Source: Callorhinchus milii (lineage: Eukaryota). Taken from it: a stretch of 52,598 bases of DNA. This document shows positions 38,877 to 50,869 of the stretch, piece by piece. The notes beneath the pieces are model-generated. The model searched no databases. It was given only the letters and a program-made list of their open reading frames with translations, and had not been told where the DNA came from. The stretch is from NCBI RefSeq assembly GCF_018977255.1, contig NW_024705347.1:1-52598 (forward strand), written 5' to 3'. Position 1 is the stretch's first letter. Each line of letters begins with the position of its first letter. Made by a program: the position numbers and the translations under genes.

Positions 38877-41011
38877 GGGTACAGTTTGGGAACAAGCTGC
38901 GGGGCGGCGGCATGACAGCGCGGGGAGGGATGGGGGAGAGGGTGGAGTGGGGGATTGGGGATGGGGTGGAGAGGGTGGGGGAGAACCGCTGACGTCCAAG
39001 TTTAGTTTCAGGAGTGTGCGCGCAACAATAAAAAAAAACCTCTGCGCCCCCCCCCCCCCTCCCAGGGCTCGCATCAGGGACCACCATGGTCCTGTGGGGT
39101 TGGCCGGGCACACACACTGCCCCCCCAGCACCATACAGATAGACACAGCCCCAATCCCACACAAGCGGCCCCCACCGTACACATGCAAACAGTTGTTATT
39201 CGATTGGTGGATCACTTTCTGCGGTGAGCAATTCCTCCAAAATAATAATAGTCACAATAGTGTTGTGCCTCAATCGATGACTGTCTGTGGGGATGTCGCT
39301 GTGTGCGATTGTTTACCGTGTTTCACACACAAAACACAGTCGCTACACTTTATAATGTATTCTGTGAAGTGCTTGAAGACGTCTCGAAGATGTGATGCGG
39401 CGTATTGTCAATTTTTAATATTAGTATAACAAAAAGGGGTTTAACCTATCCCTCCCCCCATCAGCCTCCTTTCCCCCCTTCAATTGCATGGACGACCTCG
39501 CTTTAGTGCACAAATACGGTCTACAGACGGAAATCCTCCTCCAGCACCACCCCCCCACCCCCACCACTCTCTGTCTCCTGATTGCAGCAGTGCCGCCAGC
39601 GGCTGATTGAGAGAGAGAGAGTGAGAGAGAAAGAAAGAGGGAGTAAGTGTGAGAGACAGGGAGAGATTTAAGACGTTGCGTGATTTTTTTTTACCGCGAA
39701 AAATAATTGAAATGAAGATTACACCGGGATTATGAGTGGTCACCGGAGAAGGTGCCGGGTCTCCAGTGATTGCGAATGGTTCGTGTGAGAGGGCACAGAG
39801 TGTGTGTGGGGGAGCACAGGAGTGTCACAGTGTCATTAAGTGAGGAGAATGGGAAGAGAGAGGGATTGAGCGATGGGAGAGTGGGAGTGCGTGAGAGGAT
39901 GGAGAGAATGATGGAGAGTGTATCAGAATGTGTGGGAGAGGCGGGGAGAGAGCGATCGTAAGAGAGTGAGGACAGAGTGTCTGACGGTGCGAGAGAGCAG
40001 GAGGGAGAGGGGGAGAGAGGGAGGAATGAAGACAGAGAGAGAGAGCAGAAATAGAAAGAGAGGTGAAGTGAGGACAGTGTTTCTTGCTTCACTGTCAGGA
40101 CAGACTATCGGAGCCCCATTGGCCGCCGCGGGGGTTGGGCGCGAGGTCAGATGCCGCGAAATATGTCGTGCAGTTTCCTCACAGAAAACTCTCCCTTTCC
40201 CCAGTGAGAGACTCCTCTAAGTCCATCATTTCCCTCCTCCCAACTTACCCGCGCGACCTCCATAACCGGCCATTCCCTTTGCGCAGGAAACACAGCTCCT
40301 TCATGTCACCCCCAAACCATCTGCCCCAACAGCACCATTTTGCTCCCATTGCCCGGAGCTCCATTCCCAGAGTCCGTTTGACTCGCCCCCTCCCTACACT
40401 CTTTTAAAGCACATCAAGACCTATCTCTCTGACTATATTTCCAGTTTATCTTCCCCCTCGCCGCCTCTCTCGGGTCCCACCCCCCGCTCGGGTGTCCAGC
40501 TGGCAGTGCTGATCGCCTCGAGACCTCCCCCTGACGGGAAAAGGTTTCGGTGTCAAAGTTGTTATGTTTTTGAAAACAAAACACAAACATATCGCTTATG
40601 CCCCACTCCCCCCCCCCCTACCCCGCTCGTCCCGATACAGAGTAAAGCTCCGTCTGCTCTTCACATCTCGATCCATCTCTTGTCCCGCTCCCTTGGCCTA
40701 TCTGAACATACTGTTGGGCAATAACCCGTCTGTCCTGTTTTATATATCGCTATAAAGTCACCTCACATTCATCTGTGTTTGGGGACGAAGGTTATCTTTA
40801 CGTCCCTCACATGAGAAAATGAGAGAATAAAAATGAAGGAAAACGGCAACTGATTCCGTGCCGATGGCTTTAATATTAGTCATAGTTCATTGTAACATTA
40901 CTGTAAACGTCGACAGTGCCTCAGCCGTATGGTAAAGGAGTGATATATACACTGATTAATATCCCTGTCCCACAACCCTCAACTCCACCACCAACATCCC
41001 CTCCCACCATA

Positions 41012-43260
41012 GCCCATAGTCTCCGTAGCCCGGGATTGCCCCATCTCCCGTATCCTTGTCTCCGCGACCCGGGACGGCCCCGTATACAAAGTTATCGGAA
41101 ATCTTATACCAATGTTCATCCAATCATGGTGCGGACATTAGACCAACCGGTCGAAATCATGACGGGTTCACGTGAACATCTCATGGGGTGTACGTGCCTC
41201 ACACACCCAAACACACTGTCCTTGAGACAGTCCGTTATCTCGTGTACGTGCAGGCAGTTTCAGTCCAGCTGCCCACAACACACTTAAATTAAAACGTAAC
41301 CCTTTCGCAGCATCTATTATGATTCTAACATTATGCAAATAGTGTAAATTCTAACAGTCCCCACCTTGACACCGAAAGAACATGAGATATCACAATTATA
41401 AAAAGAATATAATACAAATCAGAAAAATAATACAAGGTTACACAACCTGATAGTACAAAAAGACAGAGAATACAAAGTCAGAAAAATAGCAGAAGGTCAC
41501 ACCACCTGGGAGGGAGGATGGTTGTTCCAGGAGGAAAACTCTCTTAATGAACATTCTCTCGGGTTTCATAGCTCAGTCAAAACCAACAGGTTATTTTCAG
41601 CGACCACAGTCACAATTGAAATCATCATTCAATTACTATCAGTCCTGGTCCCTCTCCTGACCCGAAGGTAACAGGGTATTTGCTTCCCTCAGTTTGCACG
41701 GACTTATTTCACAGCTCAGTTGTAACCAAAAGGTTATTTACAGCGACCACATTCACAATTGAAATCAACATTCAATTACTGTCGGTCTCGGTCCCTCTCC
41801 TTATCCGGAGGTAATAGGGGATTTCCCACTGACTGTTCGGACGCCCGAAAGTTACTCCATCACTTACACAATTTCTACATCGACACACAATATATCAACA
41901 TATTGGAATGTCGTTCACACGCACATCAGCGCACCTAAATGCCTGATGCGATCGCCAGCGTACTCAACCGCCTTACCGTTACCGAAGCCTGGTACCGAAT
42001 ACACCTTAGTGTGGCATCCACAGCTTACTCAAGCTTGGCCCCACTTACACATTGGTGTGACACCCACAGCTTACTCAAAACTACTGTCTCCACTTGAAGT
42101 ATTCAAACATTAAAGGAGACAATCGCAAACTCTGAAAACTACTGTCTGCTTGAAGTATTCCAACATTGAAGGAGAAAATCACAAACTTCCCAGCTAATAT
42201 AGTCAAATATTCAGCTTTAAATACAAATCGTTCGTCAAGGCATGATTGTAGCTCCCTTGTCTGTTTACTGGGGAATCCTGCCGACGACGCCAAAACTGTT
42301 AGAAAATAAAATCAGCCAAATCTGTAAGAAAATAACGCTAATTCCTCTAACCAGATATCAGACGGTTTTATGATTATTCGTTCGCTATTCCCCAACATGC
42401 CGGTGGATCAGACCAAAGGCAGATACAATCAACAGATACTACAACAGAATAACACACTATAGATATCTCGAGCTCAAGAGTTCAACACTGTGTCTTTCCA
42501 GCCGACAAGCTTAATTCTTCATGCTTTCAGTCTTATTGCTTACAGCTTTCAATCTTCCATCTCCGTACCCTTGTCTCCGCAGCCCGGGACGGCTCCATCT
42601 CCCGTATCCTTGTCTCCACGACCCGGGACTGCCCCGTACACAAAGTTAGCGGAACTCTTATATCAATGTTCCTCCAATCATGGTGCGGACATTCGATCAC
42701 CTGGTCGACATCATGCTGGGTTCACGTGAGCACCTCATGGGGTGTAGTGCCTCACACACATCCACATTGTCCTTAAGACCCCTGTTATCTGATCTAATTG
42801 TCTAAGTTAGAGGATTGATCAGTTTAGGGCTGTATCTGGTGCTCATTATTTTGTGGTGTGCGGTCATTAGTACATCCCTTTTAAGTGACTGGTTATTTCT
42901 TATCAGTTTCCCTGGATGGTGCCAAGGTCCTATAGTTTAAGCAACTCGCTTCTTAGTTGCTATTCTTCAGGGTTGCCTTCTGCCGCTTGTCAGGCCCTGT
43001 CAGAATCTAGCGACTGATTGCTAAGTCGAGAATCCTGTGTCGACCGGAACCTTGGGCCATTACCTCTGTGGGCTTGTTGTCATTTACTGATAAGAGGTGA
43101 CCCCCTGCCCCTGTCCGTTATTCTTTCAAAAACAGAGAAAACCAGATGTGTCCTATCCCATGACTGTCAGTCCAGTTGTCCCCAAACTTAACTTAAAAGT
43201 TAACCCATTCACAACATCTATTATGATTCTAGTCGTATACAAAACGTGTATATTCTAACA
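41012..43260 (-). mobile_element. Non-autonomous LTR/ERV-like element: 5' LTR 42297-43260, tRNA-Ser PBS 42275-42292, 940-bp non-coding internal region, PPT ~41357-41368, diverged partial 3' LTR from 41356 leftwards
   Basis: The LTR is bounded by TGTTAGAA...TTCTAACA. PBS TGGCGTCGTCGGCAGGAT is 17/18 complementary to the 3' end of vertebrate tRNA-Ser(AGA/TGA). AAGGTGGGGAC precedes the second TGTTAGAA. 41012-41230 is homologous to 42570-42780. Confidence 0.85.
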
Positions 43261-43410
43261 GTAGGGTTGCTTTTTTTCAGCACAATTTTGCAAATATATA
43301 TATAATTCAACAACGATTACACGTGCGCTATCATATCCATTAGCTCATAATTGATATCTAAAATGTCCCAATAATTAGCCGTACTCTTCAAATAAGCGCA
43401 GATACAAATG

Positions 43411-43600
43411 TATCGGAAGGATGTTAAAGCATTGGAAAAGGTACAGAGGAGATTTAAAAGGATGGTACAAGGCATGAGAGAACATGATTCTGAGAAAAGG
43501 CTAGACAGGCTTGGATTATTCTCATTGGATCATAGAAGATTATGGGGAGACCTAATAGAGGTCTTCTAAATCATGAGGGGATTTGATAGGTAGACCAGGA
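43411..43600 (+). mobile_element. CR1 LINE ORF2 fragment
   Basis: RKDVKALEKVQRRFKRMVQGM...RLDRLGLFSLDHRRLWGDLIEVF*IMRG. Confidence 0.9.
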
Positions 43601-43848
43601 ATTTACTCCATGCTAAACAAGTTTAACTGAAGTTTAACTGCATTAATTTATAATGTTTCAGATAACATTTAGTCAGATGTCACCACACTTACATTTATCT
43701 TGGAAAGAAGAAACTGAGGAAGATTTGAATTCAAATTGCGACATGAATCTTTTCATTAAAGTCGGCTGTATGATATAGCGGAAAAGCCAAATAAATATTT
43801 GCATGTAATCGCTTCCAAACACACCAATAAAACAAAAAAGAACAGTAA

Positions 43849-43941
43849 CGCTCGAACAAGGACTTGAACCATGGACTCTCGGATTGCTGTCAAATTATTA
43901 ACTTTAAAAGCCTGATGCTCTACCGACTGAGCTATCCGGGC
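43849..43941 (-). tRNA. Intron-containing tRNA-Lys(TTT), degenerate; intron 43885-43904
   Basis: 73-nt Lys-TTT body plus a 20-nt insert after position 37. A and B boxes are intact and a T6 terminator lies ~10 nt downstream. Mismatches at pairs 3:70, 29:41 and 51:63. Confidence 0.85.
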
Positions 43942-43947
43942 TCCATC

Positions 43948-45470
43948 ATCTCTGTGTAACAGGTCTCTTATCTGTGCAGCAGTCCTGGTCTCTCCAAAGT
44001 AGGTCTGGTCTCTGTATAATAGGACTGGTCTCTGTATAACAGGATTGGTCTCTGTATAACAGGATTGGTCTCTCTATAAAAGGATTGGTCTCTGAATAAG
44101 AGGATTGGTCTCTGTATAACAGGACTGGTCTCTGTGTAACAGAATTGGTTACTGTATCACAGGATTGATCTCTGTATAAATGGATTGGCCTCTGAATATC
44201 AGGACTCGTCTCTGTATAACAGGATTGGTCGCTGTAATAATAATAATAATAATCCTTGCATTTGATATTGCGCTTTTCACGTCGGGAGGACGTCCCAAAG
44301 CGCTTCACAGAACACACTGTAAAGTGAATTGACTGTATATTTGTGGGCGAACGCGGCAGCCAATTGCGCACAGCAATGTCCCACAAACAGTCGTGGATTG
44401 AAAATGACCAATTTATTATTGTTTTTGGTTTTGGAGGGATTATTATTAGGCTCTGTGTGGAGTAAGGAAACTTGCCCAAGGTTTCGCCCTCTGCCTGGGA
44501 TTGAACTCAGGTCTCTCGCTTGCAAAGCGAGTGCTCTAACCACTGAGCCACAGGTCGCTGTATAACAGGAATGGTCTCTGTATAACAGGACTAGTCTGTG
44601 TATAACAGGATTGGGCTCCGTATAACATTATTGGTCTCTGCATAACAGGATTGGTCTCTGTATAAAAGGACTGGTCTCTGTATAACAGTTCTGGTCTCTG
44701 TATAACAGGATTGGTCTCTGTGTAACAGGACTGGTCTCTGTATAATATAATTGGTCTCTGTACAACAGGATTGGTTTGTGTATAACAGGATTGGGCTCCG
44801 TATAACAGGATTGGTTTGTGTATAACAGTATTGTCTCTGTATAACAAGATTGGTCTCTGCATAACAGGATTTGTCTCTGTACAACAGGACTGGTCTATGT
44901 ATAACAGGATTGGTCTCTGTATAACAGGATTGGTCTCTGTATAAAGGGAATGGTCTCTGTATAAAAGGATTTGTCTCTGTATAAAAGGAGTGGTCTCTGT
45001 ATAACAGGACTGGTCACTGTATAACAGGACTGGTCTCTGTATAACAGGATTGGTCTCTGTATAACAGGATTGGTCTCTGTGTAACAGGATTGGTCTCTGT
45101 ATAACAGGATTCGTCTCTGTATAACAGGATTGGTCTCTGTATAAGAGGAATGGTCTCTGTATAACTGGGTGGGTCTCTGTAAAACAGGACTGGTCTCTAT
45201 ATTACAGGATTGGTCTCTGTTTAACAGGATTGGTCTCTGTATAACAGGATTGGTCTCTGTATAATAGGATTGGTCTCTGTATAACAGGACTGGTATCTGT
45301 GTAACAGGACTTGTCTCTGTACAACAGTGTTGGTCTCTCTATAACAGGATTGGTCTCTGTATAACAGGATTGGTCTCTGTATTACAGGATTGTTCTCTGT
45401 ATAACAGGATTGGTCTCTGTATAACAGGATTCGTCTCTGTATAACAGGATTCGTCTCTGTATAACAGGCC
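43948..45470 (+). repeat. 20-bp minisatellite TGGTCTCTGTATAACAGGA(T/C), interrupted by a SINE
   Basis: Dozens of units in exact 20-bp phase. Confidence 0.97.
44237..44556 (-). mobile_element. Full-length tRNA(Ala-like)-derived SINE with an L2-type 3' tail and (TTA)n
   Basis: Head GTGGCTCAGTGGTTAGAGCACTCGCTTTGCAAGCGAG..GAGTTCAATCC. Tail GGGACGTCCTCCCGACGTGAAAAGCGC is shared with the L2 copies. Flanked by ggtcgctgta on both sides. Confidence 0.9.
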
Positions 45471-46436
45471 TGATTTCGGTATAACCGGCTGTAATATTCA
45501 AAAGTGGTTAAGTTTACGGATAAAAAAATAAGTATGTTGACAGTGAATAGCGATAGATATTTTGCACAGGACGATTGTCTCCCGTTGTAGCTTCATTCGC
45601 TCTGAAAATTAATGATTTGTATGTGACTGACCACAACTTGTTGATGTTGGTTCCTGGTGACTTCTCCACTTCTGATATCTGCAGAGTGACTGCTTTTAAA
45701 AATATTAGGAAATGTTCAGTGCAAATATTATCCTTGAGTTAAGCTGATAACATAAGTATCATATCAGATGCAACGGGTCCGTATTTGCTGTATTATGTGA
45801 ATTGCATCAACAAGACAGGAGGGTGGAAGCCACACGGCTGTGGGGAGAGGAAAGGGGCTTGAATGTTTTGTCAAACAGTCTGGGGAATGGAAAGCGTCGG
45901 GAAAGTGGCAGAGAAGCCGTTTCTTGGAAGCAGATGTCCTGAAGAACATTAAAGACCTGTTCGTTTACGTTTGTGTCCCTGTGACAGTGTAACTTTGTTA
46001 CTTCCCTTGTTAGTATTCAACTTCAGAAAACATGGCTTCGATTTGTGTGCACAGGAACCGCCAACACTTCTGAAACGTTTGAACAATTTGTGTATGGAGT
46101 CCAGTAGGACCAAGCGCCAAAATCACGAATATCGTTCACAAATATATGCCAATATAAGTGTGAAATTGTGTGAAAATAGTCCGTAATCCCAGGGTTGTGA
46201 TTTTGACAATGACAGGAAATAAAACTGAAGGAATCTGTCTCCGTGAGCATCCAACACACACAAATGGCAAACACCACGTTTTGTACCATTTCCTTCGATT
46301 CATTCCAACATATTTCATTACGTTAAATTTCAGTCCATCTGGTTTAGTGCAAAAAAAAGGAATACAATGACTTGGAAACTGCTTCATATCTCTCAATATT
46401 TCCAAATCTACGGGGGATTCGTAAACAGAGGGGAAT

Positions 46437-46502
46437 GTCGGGGAATTGAACCCCAGTCTCCCGCGTGACAGACGGGGCTACTCGCCACTATAATGACGAG
46501 GA
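46437..46502 (-). pseudogene. tRNA-Asp(GTC) pseudogene lacking the 3' acceptor strand
   Basis: TCCTCGTCA-TTATAGTGGCGAGTAGCCCCGTCTGTCACGCGGGAGACTGGGGTTCAATTCCCCGAC, then unrelated sequence. Confidence 0.8.
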
Positions 46503-48294
46503 TTCCAGCAAATTCAATTCTCACAAGACAAAAAGTGCAAAAGTTCTTGTAAGAGTCACGCGATTACAAAGACCAAAGGCTGCAAATTTCACAACAAAAA
46601 GTGTCTGCAATTAAGCTTCTGTGCTTAGATTAATAAAAGGAATAATCCTGAATGTATTTTCCCCAGCCACACCACAGCTTCGTATTTCTATATTCAAGTA
46701 TTCATATTTTCATGCTGATTCCGATGTTATTGGCAATTACACGTGGAAAAGCTAGACATTCTCCGAAAGGAAAGTAATGATGCAAATGAATCGAAGATTT
46801 GGAAACATTGAGGGATATGAAGCATTTTCCAGTTGCTAATGGAACCAGTTTACTGTCAGACTGGTGATGCCTTTACCAAAGGACACAATGGCGAAGAGAA
46901 AGACAGAGAGAAAGATACTTTATAGCTTCGTCTGCCTCTCCACGGTCTCACATATACAGGCACACAAACCAATCGATACATAGACCAAAGGATGCGGCAC
47001 ACACACTCACTCACTGACACAAACTAATAGGATTAACTCTCTCCCTGTCTACTTCCAATCACACACAATAAGGTGAACCCCAAAACAAACGTACTTGGAG
47101 AGATAGACATATAAACACATTGCGAAAGAGGAAAGAAATGAATGAAAATTTCCCGCTCGTTGTTTTTTTTCCCACTCCCCGTTAGCTGTGGTTGTCGTTG
47201 CTGGAATCACCTGTTACGCCTGATCTACCTCCCCAACTTTGTCTCGCTCCTAACCGCTCTCTCGCTGTAGTTTGTAGATGATACTCTGCCTCTTTATTCT
47301 AAATGTAACCTTCACTTTGCTGTCCAGCCTAACTTCCCCCTCTCACTTTCAAGTCTGAGACCAGATGTATCTCTCTACCTTTTAACGCTTAGCAACGTTC
47401 TCTCTCCAGTCTAACATGGCCCTCCGCCTCTCTCGGTTCCAACGCTCTCTCTCTCCTCCTCGCTTTATTTGAACTCTAACATTAGCTCACTCCATTGAAA
47501 CTTTCCGCGTGGTAAAGTTCCCTCAGTTTAGGGCTCTTAGGACTCAATGGATTAAGTGGGATAATCTAGAGAGGAGAGGATTTAATTGGAGTGTGAATGA
47601 GCATGGAGGTTTCTAGTTTACAATGAGGTGTTCGAGTTCTGGTTTCGGGATCAATTGTAATTTTTCGGAACAGCCCTGGAGAATGGGATCCGGGCGAGGA
47701 CGTGTGTTATTGCGAAATTGCATATAATTTATATTATATATTGTTGTCACCCGATCCTCCCCGAACACATATCAACTCCCCGGTCACACGACGTCTACCA
47801 GTCAGACCCAACATGTGTTTGTAAAAGCGGTTGAGTTGGTCATCAAGGCGTTGGTATCATCATAGAAGGACAATAATAATGATTGATACAATATAGTTTA
47901 ATTAGTTATGATCAATTATGTATTTCACGTAGAACAGCAAATTAATTTTCTATGGCGCCTTTCACATCGACATACCTACTGATACTTCAATAATAAATAA
48001 TAATAATAAATTATACAGGCAAGTGAAACATTTTCATAGCGCTGTGACGTTAGACATACGGGTCTGTGATGTCTACCGAGTGTCGCTTATGTTGCACGAA
48101 TGAGCGCAGTGACAAGGACGCCATTTTGGGGCTGAAGAGCTCGGACAGCGGCAGTAAACCAGGTTTACAAACTGTTGACCAACCAACCAGGTCACTTACA
48201 CAGGAAATAATCAGATGAACAGGTTAGTTACACAGTAACTCACCAGCTGACTAGGTCACTAGTCCAGTAACTAAAGAGAAGACCTGGTCACCCA

Positions 48295-48718
48295 CCACCA
48301 CAACAACAACAACATGATTCCATTTAATGAGCGCCTTTCACGTCGGGAGGACGTCCCAAGGCGCTGTACATTTGGTCAGGACCGAGCAAGGGGGAAATGG
48401 TCAGGGTGAGGGCAGGGAATGGAGGGAGCGAGGAGGGTGTAGAGAGTCGAGAGGTGAGCTGAAGGCACGGTCAAAGAGAAAGGTCTTGAGACCGGCCTTG
48501 AAGTAGGAAAGGGAGGAAGCGGGGATAGAGTTCCAGAGCTTCGGGGCTGAGATGCTGAAGGACCGACCACCGATGGTAGGGCGGTTGGGGCGGGGGATGT
48601 GGAGCAGACTGAAGCCAGAGGAATGGAGTGTATGGGCAGGTCGGTAGGGGGATAGTAGGTCGAAGAGGTAGGAGGAGGGAGCAAGGCCTTGAATGGCCTT
48701 GTAGGTGAGGATGAGGAA
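48295..48718 (-). mobile_element. 5'-truncated L2 LINE 3' end
   Basis: High similarity to 2833-3312, including the tail. Confidence 0.9.
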
Positions 48719-49511
48719 TTAGTTAACCACATGAGGAGGTCACTTTCCATGTATATAACCAGATGCCATGGTCACCTTTGAGATAGTGAGAGACAGAAAA
48801 TGAGAGAAGGAGTCATATAGAATCGGGTGATGCTTCCACTGCTGGTATGCAAACAAGACTCGCACACACACGCGCAAACACTCACACAGACCGACCTATA
48901 AATTCACACATTGCCACATACATATTAAAATATACATAACACACACATTGACACACAGACATAGACTGACTAACACACGTTAAGACAAACACAATGACAT
49001 ACAAATGCACACAGACATTTAAACAAATTGTCCTACAAACAGTCACACACAACACACATTGACACAGGCAAACCCAACACATACATTAACATAGATGTGC
49101 AGGTACACACACATAAAGCCAAATACACATAGACTGATCTGCACAGATTGACACATTAAAATCTACAAAATAGATACAAATACCCGCACACTCACACAGT
49201 GAAAGAAAAATAGAAGTATAAAGATGTGCACAATTACGCTATACACATGAAAAGAGACACAGACACTCGCGGACATATGGTATTAAGTCAATCACAACAT
49301 CTCACCACAACACCCTTATACGAGAGGGTGGACGGACAATCTAGAGGGAGATTTGCCCTTCCTCTATCGGTGACCTGTGATTTGTGATGGTCAGTTGGGA
49401 GTTAGCTTTCTTCTATCTCTGACTCTAATCTTGGATGGTGGACAGTCGGTGTAACATTGTCTAGGTTTCTGTTCATCCAACGGGTTATAAGAGTCGCAAA
49501 CATTTTTTTTT

Positions 49512-50434
49512 CTAATGAAAGAATCTAACAATTATAGATAATGGAAAAGTCACCACTTTGCTAAGCTCCTCCCTGAATTTCGTCTGTGTAACCGCATAAA
49601 TACAAGTGTTGGTGCAGGAACTCAAAAGCTGCAGCATGTAACCAGTTTGCCAGATAATATACAATGGGTCACTAAAGCCCGGTACTGTTTCGTAATATGT
49701 TTTTGTAATTCTCCAATACAAGAAATTTAGAACATATGTCATCCATAATAATATAAAACTGGCGGAAACAGCAAAGAGTAAAACGATTGATTTTTTTCGG
49801 TTCCTTATCTCTGGATCACTGCCATTCGCACCACTATTCTTGTCCCCATTGCTGTGTCCCCGCAATCGTTTGCGGGCTCGACTGGCCACAAGTATGTGCC
49901 TGACAGTCAGGACGTTGAGCAGCAAAATCATAATGAATGGGAGAATTGGGGTTAAAACATAATTAAGTGCGTCAAACACCGCCCATCTAAGAGAATTGAA
50001 ATAGCTTGCCTTAGGTTCGCAGCCCCAGGGAATATTATTGATTACGGAGTGTGGTTTAACTACAAAACCCCAGGGAATGTTTATCACAACGCACAGCGCA
50101 CTCAATACCGCTATAACTGTAACAGAAGTTTTTTCTGAACAATATTTTGTTTTCAGATTTTGGCAACAAATGGCCACATATCGATCAAAGGTGAAAGCCA
50201 CAGTGAACCAGACAGAAATTGACATTGTCGAGCTAGACAGGACCATAAGTAGCCCACAAACAGGTGTGATGGACAGGAATGAATTTGGGAAATTAGCAAG
50301 ACTTACTCGATATAAAATCACTGAATTGATAATCACGAACAGATCTGCCGTGGACATGGCCACCAGATACAGAGAGATACATTTGGAGAGTCCGCACCGC
50401 CCACGAGACAGAATTACAATCGACAGCAGGTTTG
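49512..50434 (-). CDS. GPR139-like orphan class A GPCR gene 3, exon 2 (spliced product 330 aa)
   Basis: Acceptor (ct)n-AG at 50435; open frame ANLLSIVILSRGRCGLSKC...FTFDRYVAICC...CTNTCIY...FFH*. Confidence 0.93.
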
Positions 50435-50869
50435 CTAGAGAGAGAGAGATAAATGCCCATCACCACAGTACAACAACTTGCGTTTATTTACTACATCGCT
50501 GCAATTAATACAGCATCAAGAAATCGAAAGCAGTCGACACATACAGAGAAAACCAAATAGAGACATGCACACAGACACACACACAGATAGTGACAGAGAG
50601 AGGGAGAGAGAGGGAGAGACAGAGACAGAGAGGGAGAGAGAGAGAGAGAGAGACAGAGAAAATGAAAGATCCAGATTTGTCATCGCTGTAGGTATTATTG
50701 TTTCACAATTTGGATATTTTTTGCTGCCTATCTCAAGTTGGAATTGCATATCAAATAAAGGTAGACACTTTTAAACATCGGATTTCTATATAATTCTTAT
50801 AGGTTATGTTTCTGGAAGACAACCATAAAACTGTTCCTTATGTGGCTGTCATCCGGCCCTCATTAATAG

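Larger units (their letters stand above)
34397..42336 (+). repeat. Segmental duplication, copy C
   Basis: Restarts at tgactcccac (equivalent to A 4897 and B 31592) and is colinear with A up to the gap. Confidence 0.95.

Noticed and set aside
44490..44556. tRNA-Ala-like gene (also ~17995-18060 and ~51735-51800)
   Set aside because: These are SINE heads continuous with the SINE body and tail, with no proper acceptor stem.
45610..45665. Possible decayed receptor exon 1 on the plus strand (..ccacaacttgttgatgttggttcctg|gtgact)
   Set aside because: Weak similarity, a stop and an indel, and no matching exon 2 found downstream.
50038..50508. 156-aa plus-strand ORF (also 27849-28128 and 19284-19714)
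   Set aside because: Antisense shadows of the GPCR exons.
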